A stretch of DNA of 64,000 bases from Candidatus Dadabacteria bacterium (GTDB taxonomy: Bacteria > Desulfobacterota_D > UBA1144 > Nemesobacterales > CSP1-2). Every line of letters begins with the position of its first letter. Within the stretch, counting starts at the first letter, position 1. The notes under the pieces were generated by a model. That model ran no database searches, was not told the DNA's origin, and was given only the letters and a program-made list of their open reading frames with translations. The position numbers and the translations under genes were made by a program. The DNA is taken from assembly GCA_963805855.1 (NCBI GenBank), contig CAWDVW010000007.1:128001-192000 (forward strand), given 5' to 3'. Below are positions 40,758-49,254 of the stretch, in pieces.

Positions 40758-42095
40758 ATGTCTCTGAAAAAGAATGATCTAGCTACCCTGAACGAGCAGC
40801 TAAAACATCATATGGGAATCATAATGAAATGCACCTTGCCATCGGCTAAATATGGCAAATTGCTTCTAGCGTCTCCACCTGATTCGAGATACCCGTACAT
40901 CTATCCAAGGGATACGAGTTGTGCGGTTCAATTGTTCAGGCGTCTGGCTGGCTCTCACAATGGTTACGACGTAGCTGATCAGTCGTTTGAGATCATCAAG
41001 TCGATGGCAACTTTCATGAAGGATTGCCTATCAACCTATGGGTGCTGGGGCCAGCGTTACAGCATAGAGGGAGATGACAAGAGTATATATAGACAAGAGG
41101 ACAACGTTGCGCACGGAATATCAATCATTTGCAATTATTTGTTGACCGCCAACTACTTAAAAAAAGACATCGAGAATCTGGAAGATTATCTACAATGTGT
41201 GAATAGTGCACTGGATTATAGCATGAAAAATTCGTACACAAAGGAATTAAACCTATTCTATTCAACTACCTCAATTCATGAGTCTTCCATGGAAGAGGGG
41301 TATACCTGCTGGGTTAACTTTTCCTATCTCTATGCCTTTTCGCTGGCCTGTGAAGTGGCCTCACTCTTAGATGAAAAGCACATCATATCGAGGGATCACC
41401 TGAGTTTCAGAAAACAGTTTCTGTATTCTGTCAGTGAACTCTTCATGTCGGGGCACAGATATGTGAGGCGCATAGAACCCCAGGGGAATATGGATATGCG
41501 TCCAGATTTCACTCTCCTGAGTCCATTTTATTATGGTTTTCTGCACTATAAGCCCGAGATGGAAAACAGTATCCAGTACATCGAAAAGCAGCTCTGGGAT
41601 CCGGAACTCGGAATGATCATGAGATACCTGCCCTTCTATAGGGATTTTGCAACTCATATCCATGCGGGGAATGGCCCCTGGACGCAGTACACTGGCATTC
41701 TGGCACAATATCACTATTGGAAGGATGATATCGAGCGGGGAGACGAGTTGCTTGGTATGATTGATAGATTCAAGGATGAGAAAGGGGACATTCCTGAGCA
41801 TCTGTCCACGGTTCAGAGGTATGAAGAGTTTATGGAGAAAGAATGGAAGACCGGGACAGATTTTAATAAGGAATTCTACAAGCCGATTCTGCTTGAGGAT
41901 GTTGACTTCAATAAGATCCTGGAGGAGGCTAACAATATGTCGAGATCATACGAAGAGACAGGTAAAAGGTGCACATTCAGAGACGAATCCAGCAGCGAGG
42001 GTGGTTACATTCAATTCTCGAAACCGCTTATGTGGTCGCACGTGGAGTATGCCCGCGCACTTCTAGTCAGGGCTGGTGATTGGTGGAACTTGTAG
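40758..42095 (+). CDS. Glucoamylase/GH15-like (alpha/alpha)6 hydrolase
   Basis: YIYPRD, QEDNVAH, SIHES, GNGPW, IPEH and PLMWSHVEY motifs; GGAGGTGA RBS. Confidence 0.7.
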   Translation: MSLKKNDLATLNEQLKHHMGIIMKCTLPSAKYGKLLLASPPDSRYPYIYPRDTSCAVQLFRRLAGSHNGYDVADQSFEIIKSMATFMKDCLSTYGCWGQRYSIEGDDKSIYRQEDNVAHGISIICNYLLTANYLKKDIENLEDYLQCVNSALDYSMKNSYTKELNLFYSTTSIHESSMEEGYTCWVNFSYLYAFSLACEVASLLDEKHIISRDHLSFRKQFLYSVSELFMSGHRYVRRIEPQGNMDMRPDFTLLSPFYYGFLHYKPEMENSIQYIEKQLWDPELGMIMRYLPFYRDFATHIHAGNGPWTQYTGILAQYHYWKDDIERGDELLGMIDRFKDEKGDIPEHLSTVQRYEEFMEKEWKTGTDFNKEFYKPILLEDVDFNKILEEANNMSRSYEETGKRCTFRDESSSEGGYIQFSKPLMWSHVEYARALLVRAGDWWNL

Positions 42096-42761
42096 GGATA
42101 TCAGTAGGATATTAACCACACTTAATGTGACATATTAAGTAATTGATGTCCGGTTGACTTTATTAAATAATCTTATTGTCTTTCAAGATTTAGATTGGTT
42201 TATGTAGATTCGGATGTAAGATCCGACGTGAGGTGAAATTTAGACTAGAGCGGGCTTTTCCTGTTGGATGCAACGTTAATTAGGTATTAAATACAAAGAT
42301 TACTAAGGAGGGATTACAGGATTAACTATCTTTTTGTCATTGGCGGAATCTATCCAGAGCCTGTGTCACTTTGCTTCATGAGTTGCTTTAAAATATTTTG
42401 TACAAATTCTGATTGGTCTCCAAACGAGTTGTTTAAAGAAAATCAATTGGCAAGTGTTAATTCTAGATTTTCGAATTACATAAATATATTTATTTAATGT
42501 GATTAGTTAATAATGCAAGAGGATTGTGCTTCCTCTCTGTTTAAATAATTCAAAATTGTGTAATCTTTAAAAACAAATTTCCTGTAGTTTGCTACAGGCT
42601 GGTTATACACTGTCATTGCGAACGAAGTGAAGCAATCCCATTTTTGGGTTTGCTTCATCCCCTTCGAATTAACCCTGGGTTACTCGCAATGAAAATTAAT
42701 ATGGGGCTATAATAAGACCACCCTGTCGCTTTATAAAGGGTTGATGATTCGGTGATCATAA

Positions 42762-45700
42762 ATGAGAAAAGTTAAAAATAAGCAAAACCGGATAGAAAGT
42801 GAGCCAAATTCAACCAAGCGTATAAGCAGTAAGCCCTCTGAAAATTATTCAACGTCATCTAAAACTTTGATTAAGGGGAAGAGGAAAGTGAAAGATTCCA
42901 CAAATAAATTGATTGATATCGAAAAACGCCTTCGAAAACAGAATGAGGTCCTTGTGAAAATCGCTAAGAGCAGATTCATGGAGAAGGGGGATTTGACGAA
43001 TGCCCTGAGGGAAATAATAGAAGCATCTGCTAAGACGCTGGGAGTGGATAGAGTTAACGTATGGCTTTACAATTACGATCGCTCGAAGATATATTGCATT
43101 GACCATTATGAAATGAGTTCAAACCAACACTCAAAGGGACTTGAATTAGCTTCCGCGGATTATCCATCGTACTTTGAAGCATTGGAAAAAGAAAGAATCA
43201 TAGCTGCTCACGACGCACATACCGATCCCAAGACGAAAGAGTTTTCACAAACATATTTGCTACCAAACCGGATTGGTTCGCTCTTAGACGCTCCAGTATG
43301 GAAAGGCGGGAAAATGATTGGTCTGGTTTGTCACGAGCATGTAGGACCAGCGCGGACATGGACAAACGAGGATCAAGCCTTTGCGGCATCTATTGCTGAT
43401 TTTATATCGCTGGCTTTTGAATCTAGGGACCGCAAGCAAATAGAGGCGGAACTGGAGGAGTCCCATTCGCTTTTAATTGCGACCCTCGAATCTACCGCGG
43501 ACGGGATTCTAGTGGTTGATAGAGAAGGGAAAATAATAAGATTCAATAGAAAATTCGTCGATATGTGGAATATCCCTGATTCCATCATTGAGTCGAAAGA
43601 TGACAACAGGGCATTAGAATTCGTCTTGAAACAGCTAAAAGAACCGGAACGGTTTGTTTCAAAGGTAAAGGAATTATATGATCAACCGGAATCCGAAAGT
43701 TATGATCTGTTGGAGTTTAAGGATCGAAGGTACTTCGAGCGCTATTCTAAGCCACAGGTGATTGGCAATAATATACTCGGGAGGGTTTGGAGCTTTCGGG
43801 ATGTTACGAATCAAAAACGAGCGGAACAAGCTCTTCGTGAAAGCGAAGAGCGTTATCGTACGCTTGTTGAACATACCTATGATCTAATTAGCGAGGCTGG
43901 TATCGACGGACGCTTTTTGTATCTGAGCGCTAATCATAAAGAGATTCTTGGTTACGAACCAGAGGAGCTCGAGGGCAAAAATATTTTCGAAAATATTCAT
44001 CCAGATGATAGTGAAACCGTAAAGCGGGAATTTCAGAGAATAATGGAAACATTCTCCTCTGGTCATGTGGAATTCAGAATCAAACACAAAAACGGGCAGT
44101 GGAGATGGATTGAAAGCTCTGGCAAACCATTGAAGACTGCCAATGGAGAAGTCCGAGCTGTGATTGCCTCACGTGACATAACTGAGAAAAAGATTGCTGA
44201 AGAAGCACTCAAAGAGAGTCTTTCGCTGCTATCAAGAAAAAACCGATATGAGACTATTATAGGTTCTGTTACCCGGAGCGTTCACCAATCCATTGATTTT
44301 CAAGAAGTGCTAGAAAATGCAGTCGAATCCATGAGTAAAAACATAGCTGGAGCCGAAAATGTGGGGATCTGGCTTGTCGAGGGAAATGATGCCGGTTTGA
44401 AAGCCTATAGAGGGTTCCCCGATTGGTTTGTAGAGCGTTTAAGTAAAATTCCATACCCCAAAGGGGTAACCTGGAAGACTATCACGAATGACAAGCCATT
44501 ATATTCTGCGAATACAGAAAAAGATAAGGTGATGGGGCCCGCCGGGATTGAATTGGGTACAAAGAGTTATCTGTCCATGCCTATACACTTTGGGGGTAAA
44601 ACCGTAGGTGCGATAAACATAAATTCACTAAAGGAGAGTGCCTTTGACAAAGAAGAGTTAAATCTGCTTGCGATCATTTCACAGCAGATAGAAGTCGCGA
44701 TTAACAATGCTAAACAGGCTGAAGCATTGCTTGAATCGGACAGGGCGCTTAGGGAAAGCCTTGATCAATTATCTAAAAAGAACAGGTATGAGACTATAAT
44801 AAGCACCGTGACCAGGAGTGTTCACCAGTCAACGAATCTCGAGGACGTTATGGATAACGCCGTACAATCAATCAGCGAAAATATAGGTGGGGCAGACAGT
44901 GTAGCAATTTACATAGTGGAAGGTGAGGAGGCTGTGTTAAAAGCTCAACGGGGTTACAGTGATTGGTATATGCAGAGGGTTGGAAGAATTCCGTATCCAA
45001 AGGGATATGCCTGGAAGGTTATCATGGACGAGCGTTATAGATATTGTGCGGATGTGGATCAAGATACGGTTATTGGTCCCGCCGGTAGGGAGTTCGGCAT
45101 AAAGAGCTATTTATCCATGCCTATTCTATACGAAGGTAAGACGATCGGAGTGATAAATGTAAATTCGCTCCAGAAAGATGCCTTTGATGAGGATGAGTTG
45201 AAACTCCTGGAAATAGTGAGGGAGCAAATCACGGTAGCATTAAATAATGCCAGACAAAAAGGAGCGCTGGAAGAGGCGCTTTCAGAGGTCGAAAGATTAA
45301 AAGATCGGCTGGTGGACGAAAGTGAAAATATACATGGTGGTTTTGAAAGCAGCCACATTTTTAAAGATGTGAAAGGCAAAAGCATGTCACTTCAAAGGTC
45401 TCTTTTTAAGGTTTACCAATATGCATCATCTGATTCAGTACTATTGATTCAAGGTGAAGTTGGTACTGGAAAGGAACTGATAGCTAGATCTGTTCATGAG
45501 ATTAGCCCGAGGAGGCAGAGACCGTTTATTAGCGTAAACTGTGAAGAATTGTCTAAAGAAGCAATTGAGCTGGAGCTATTCGGACACGAGGCAAGGGGTT
45601 CGGCTACGGGCGCGCTCTCCATTAGGATTGGTCGATTTGAAATGGCAAATAATGGAACTATCTATCTGGAGGAGATTGGCGCAATACCACTGGAATTACA

Positions 45701-46118
45701 GTACAGCTTAGCTAGGATCTTTCAGGAAGGGGTTTTTAGTAGATCTTCAAATAACCGTCTGATTAAGGTTAATGTAAGGGTTATAGCTTCATCAAAAACC
45801 GATGTGGGTGAGCTCTTCCAGGAGGGCAAACTCGGTGAAGAGCTATACAATCAAATAAATAGTTTTCAGGTCACCATTCCGCCCCTCCGTGATCGCAAAG
45901 AGGATATTCCACTGCTTTCGAAACATTTCATTGATAAACATGGATATAAGCTGGAGAAAAAAATAGATTCAATACCCCATGAAGTTGTCGAATATCTCCA
46001 AGCCCATGATTGGCCTGGAAACGTCAGTGAACTGGACAGATTACTAGAGCAGGCAATATATCGTTCGAAGGGAACAACCCTGGAATTGCATGATTTGGCT
46101 GACCTTATTGTGAAATAA
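42762..46118 (+). CDS. GAF-PAS-PAS-GAF-GAF + sigma54-activator-like AAA+ protein with degenerate motifs and no HTH
   Basis: GAF (SLLDAPV..CHEH), PAS (ESTADGILVVD, IHPDD, SRDITE), duplicated GAF (KNRYETII..VTRSVHQS); AAA+ GEVGTGKE, ELFGHE..GSATGA, YLEEI, WPGNVSEL. Confidence 0.85.
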   Translation: MRKVKNKQNRIESEPNSTKRISSKPSENYSTSSKTLIKGKRKVKDSTNKLIDIEKRLRKQNEVLVKIAKSRFMEKGDLTNALREIIEASAKTLGVDRVNVWLYNYDRSKIYCIDHYEMSSNQHSKGLELASADYPSYFEALEKERIIAAHDAHTDPKTKEFSQTYLLPNRIGSLLDAPVWKGGKMIGLVCHEHVGPARTWTNEDQAFAASIADFISLAFESRDRKQIEAELEESHSLLIATLESTADGILVVDREGKIIRFNRKFVDMWNIPDSIIESKDDNRALEFVLKQLKEPERFVSKVKELYDQPESESYDLLEFKDRRYFERYSKPQVIGNNILGRVWSFRDVTNQKRAEQALRESEERYRTLVEHTYDLISEAGIDGRFLYLSANHKEILGYEPEELEGKNIFENIHPDDSETVKREFQRIMETFSSGHVEFRIKHKNGQWRWIESSGKPLKTANGEVRAVIASRDITEKKIAEEALKESLSLLSRKNRYETIIGSVTRSVHQSIDFQEVLENAVESMSKNIAGAENVGIWLVEGNDAGLKAYRGFPDWFVERLSKIPYPKGVTWKTITNDKPLYSANTEKDKVMGPAGIELGTKSYLSMPIHFGGKTVGAININSLKESAFDKEELNLLAIISQQIEVAINNAKQAEALLESDRALRESLDQLSKKNRYETIISTVTRSVHQSTNLEDVMDNAVQSISENIGGADSVAIYIVEGEEAVLKAQRGYSDWYMQRVGRIPYPKGYAWKVIMDERYRYCADVDQDTVIGPAGREFGIKSYLSMPILYEGKTIGVINVNSLQKDAFDEDELKLLEIVREQITVALNNARQKGALEEALSEVERLKDRLVDESENIHGGFESSHIFKDVKGKSMSLQRSLFKVYQYASSDSVLLIQGEVGTGKELIARSVHEISPRRQRPFISVNCEELSKEAIELELFGHEARGSATGALSIRIGRFEMANNGTIYLEEIGAIPLELQYSLARIFQEGVFSRSSNNRLIKVNVRVIASSKTDVGELFQEGKLGEELYNQINSFQVTIPPLRDRKEDIPLLSKHFIDKHGYKLEKKIDSIPHEVVEYLQAHDWPGNVSELDRLLEQAIYRSKGTTLELHDLADLIVK

Positions 46119-46141
46119 GACACATAGAGAGAACGGGACAA

Positions 46142-48988
46142 ATGAAGAGAAGTAAGGATAGTTTTAATCGGTCTTTGCTTGACGCTTTTGATAATTTTGC
46201 ATCGCGCAACTGCTTCAAGGTAAAAAGGGGCTTCGGGTATCGAGATTATAATTATATGCAAATTCAAGGGTTCGTTTTTCGAATTGCGCTATTTTTACAA
46301 TCTCTCCGACTCGGCAAGGGCGAGAGGATTGCGATTGTTGCTGAAAATTCCCCTGAGTGGCTGGCGGTATTTATTGCTACTATGTTTTCAGGTTGCGTCG
46401 CCGTACCTCTATCGACAAGCCTCCGCTCGGACATGTTTAGATTAATACTAAAAGACTCAGGAGCCAGGGTTGCCGTAATTCAAGATCAACGATATTACAA
46501 TGAAATTCGCAACCATGAAGGGGAACTGCCTGATTTGAAAACAATCATTCTTGTTAACGAGTCGGTTGAATCCATGTCCGAGGTTATCTTGCTTAATTCA
46601 ATTCTAGAACAGTCGATCGCTCATAAAGATACGGCCGAAATTCGTACATTGGCAGAAGGAATTGACCCAAATGATTTCGCCCTAATTTTGTATACCGCAA
46701 AGGAAACCGATAAGCCAATGGGGGCGGCATTTAACCATTTCCAGATGTATACATCATTAGAGAATATGTCAAAATGGTTAAATTTTGAAGAGGATGATAT
46801 GGGCTTTACACTTCTCAACTGGGGAAACCCCATAAGTCTAAAGGTATCACTTGATTACTTTCTATCTGGTGTCAACAATTCTTTGGCCGAGAGTATTGAC
46901 ACCGTGTTTGAGAATCTCCAGGAAACGAGTCCTACCTTTGTCCTGACAATTCCATTTGCACTCGAGAATATATACAACAAGGTCATAACTGAGTTTAGTA
47001 AGTTTCACGGTTCGCGTCAAAGCATTTTTCTCTGGGCTTTAGCCACTAGTAAGGAGTATCATTCTGCAGGTCTGACGGCATCAAATGAATTACGTGAACG
47101 TTACAGGCGTGCTGACATGACATTTTTTAGTCAGATCAGGGGGATGTTAGGGGGTAGACTTCGTCGGATTTATTTGGCGGGTGCAAGTATATCTGAAGAG
47201 TTGGTAGATTTCGCAGAGGCTATAGGATTGAAGGCCTTCAATTTATATCATGTCACCGAGTCTGGCGGATTTCCCGCTCTTTGTGCTTCTGATGCAAACC
47301 GTCCCGGAACCTGTGGACAGGTGGCACCTGGTTTCCAAATTCGTATTGCCGATGATAGCGAGGTTCTGGTCCGGGGTGAAACTGTAATGAAACAGTACTG
47401 GAAGAAGCCCGAAGAAACCTCTCAAACGATCGATTCTGATGGTTGGTTACATACAGGGGACCTAGGACGCTTCGATTCCGATGGTTTTCTATATTTAACT
47501 GGATATAAACAGTCAGTGATTAAGTTGTCAAAAGGGCTAAAGATAATGCCAGATACGGTTGAAAAGGTATTAACCTCAAATCCGTACATTTATCAGGCTG
47601 TGGTATTAGGAGAAGGGAGACCCTATGTCTCGGCCCTCATCGTGCCAAATTATGAAGCACTTGCGGCGCACCTGCGTGAACATGCAGAAGGAGAGGTTGG
47701 AACGCTTAACATGTATCACCCTGAAGTCCATTCCCTCTTAGACAAAGTGGTTGCCGAAATTAATAGCAAATTAGACCCTTGGGAGCGAATAGAGGCTTAT
47801 ACACTTCTAGATCAGCCCTTTTCCGGGGAGAAGGGTGAGCTAACACAGTCCATGAAGGTCAACCGTAATGTAATTGCAGAACGCTATTCTGTCCATACAG
47901 AGGCGATGTATCCGATGACAATTAGATTGGAAGAGAGTGCGGTAACTCAGGTGGAACTAGAGCCTGAGCATCTTCGTGAATTGTTAGAGAAGCAAGACAT
48001 TCTTGACGCATGGATAAAGGACGCCGGTATTGGCTTCTTGTTCGACCTTGCAAGGGCGAAGCAAATCGACATCACCTCAATGGTCCATATTTGTGATACT
48101 GTTTCAGCAATTGCACAGATGCAGAGCGAAGAAAAGCCACTGTCCACTGCATTAATAGTCGGGGATCCTTCCAGAGTTTCACATGTCTTACCGGAAAGCG
48201 AGATTCAACTTCAAAGGTATGATCATATTCGCCGGATGCGTCAGGTAGTGATTACGCTTGCTAAGGTGGTAGACGGCGTGTTGTTTGCCTACGGTGTGGA
48301 TAAACTTGGTTACGTGAGGAAGATACATAAGCTAGATAGAGAACTGGATCACCCTGCCAGTTTTCTTCTTGGACCACAGTTCAGTCATCACGCAGCCATC
48401 TCTGAAAAATGTGATGCGGTTGTGTTCTTTGTGCCTAAAGGCGGTAGACAGGTACGAGTATTTGCAAATGGCCAACTCGTAGGTCGATACACAGATGGAA
48501 ACTGGTATTCGGAGAGTACACCGTATTTGGAGGAATCTGTCGCTAGACTGGCTGAACAAAAACAGATCGATTTGAAATTGTTAACAAGGATACTACGCTG
48601 TGCATTCCAGATGTCGGAGGAGAATTTAGGTGCAATTATAGTCCTGGGAGACTCGGAGGTAATTTTAAAACGCTCCGACCCCCCGGGGATAGCCGCCTTT
48701 GCAAACCTCCTCAGCACTCCTATAGAAAAGATATCCGATCGCGAATTGATCAACTTTGCCAAGCAGGACGGAGCAACAATTATAGATACAAATCAGGGTC
48801 TATTCAGGGCATGTATGGTTCTACTTAGACCTGAAGCCAATACCAAGGCTGATGTTGGAATCGGTAAAGGTGCTCGTCACAGCAGTGCTGCTAAGATGAG
48901 CGCTGAAGCAAATTGCTTGGCGATCACGGTTTCACAGGATGGTCCTATTACTTTGTACGACGCCGGAAAGAGGATATTATCTTTATAG
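46142..48988 (+). CDS. Degenerate long-chain acyl-CoA ligase fused to diadenylate cyclase (DisA_N-like) domains
   Basis: AMP-binding fold (ENSPEW, WLHTGDLG, GEGRPYVSALIVP, GELTQSMK) with an altered P-loop; C-terminus FAKQDGATII, GARHSSA, ITVSQDG. Confidence 0.8.
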   Translation: MKRSKDSFNRSLLDAFDNFASRNCFKVKRGFGYRDYNYMQIQGFVFRIALFLQSLRLGKGERIAIVAENSPEWLAVFIATMFSGCVAVPLSTSLRSDMFRLILKDSGARVAVIQDQRYYNEIRNHEGELPDLKTIILVNESVESMSEVILLNSILEQSIAHKDTAEIRTLAEGIDPNDFALILYTAKETDKPMGAAFNHFQMYTSLENMSKWLNFEEDDMGFTLLNWGNPISLKVSLDYFLSGVNNSLAESIDTVFENLQETSPTFVLTIPFALENIYNKVITEFSKFHGSRQSIFLWALATSKEYHSAGLTASNELRERYRRADMTFFSQIRGMLGGRLRRIYLAGASISEELVDFAEAIGLKAFNLYHVTESGGFPALCASDANRPGTCGQVAPGFQIRIADDSEVLVRGETVMKQYWKKPEETSQTIDSDGWLHTGDLGRFDSDGFLYLTGYKQSVIKLSKGLKIMPDTVEKVLTSNPYIYQAVVLGEGRPYVSALIVPNYEALAAHLREHAEGEVGTLNMYHPEVHSLLDKVVAEINSKLDPWERIEAYTLLDQPFSGEKGELTQSMKVNRNVIAERYSVHTEAMYPMTIRLEESAVTQVELEPEHLRELLEKQDILDAWIKDAGIGFLFDLARAKQIDITSMVHICDTVSAIAQMQSEEKPLSTALIVGDPSRVSHVLPESEIQLQRYDHIRRMRQVVITLAKVVDGVLFAYGVDKLGYVRKIHKLDRELDHPASFLLGPQFSHHAAISEKCDAVVFFVPKGGRQVRVFANGQLVGRYTDGNWYSESTPYLEESVARLAEQKQIDLKLLTRILRCAFQMSEENLGAIIVLGDSEVILKRSDPPGIAAFANLLSTPIEKISDRELINFAKQDGATIIDTNQGLFRACMVLLRPEANTKADVGIGKGARHSSAAKMSAEANCLAITVSQDGPITLYDAGKRILSL

Positions 48989-49254
48989 ATGCGGTGCCGT
49001 TCGGAACTTTTCACGAGAAAACAGAGAATCTTTTGTATAAGGGTTAAGCGGACTATTGTCTAAGTCGCTAATGGCCTTTAGCTCGCCCAAGGGCTTCCAA
49101 TGTAATTTTGCACGGAACCCTACTTTCCTGTGCATCGTTAACGGAAAGACTTCTTGTTTAGGGACTGACATACCGCGGGAGGGTTATTTATTGTTTTTTT
49201 TAACCGATTATGTATAAACATACAGACTAAACTGTAAAAAAGTGTAAATACCTT

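Noticed and set aside
42100-42760. Sigma54 (-24/-12) promoter near the activator-like gene
   Set aside because: No convincing TGGCAC-N5-TTGC match found by eye.
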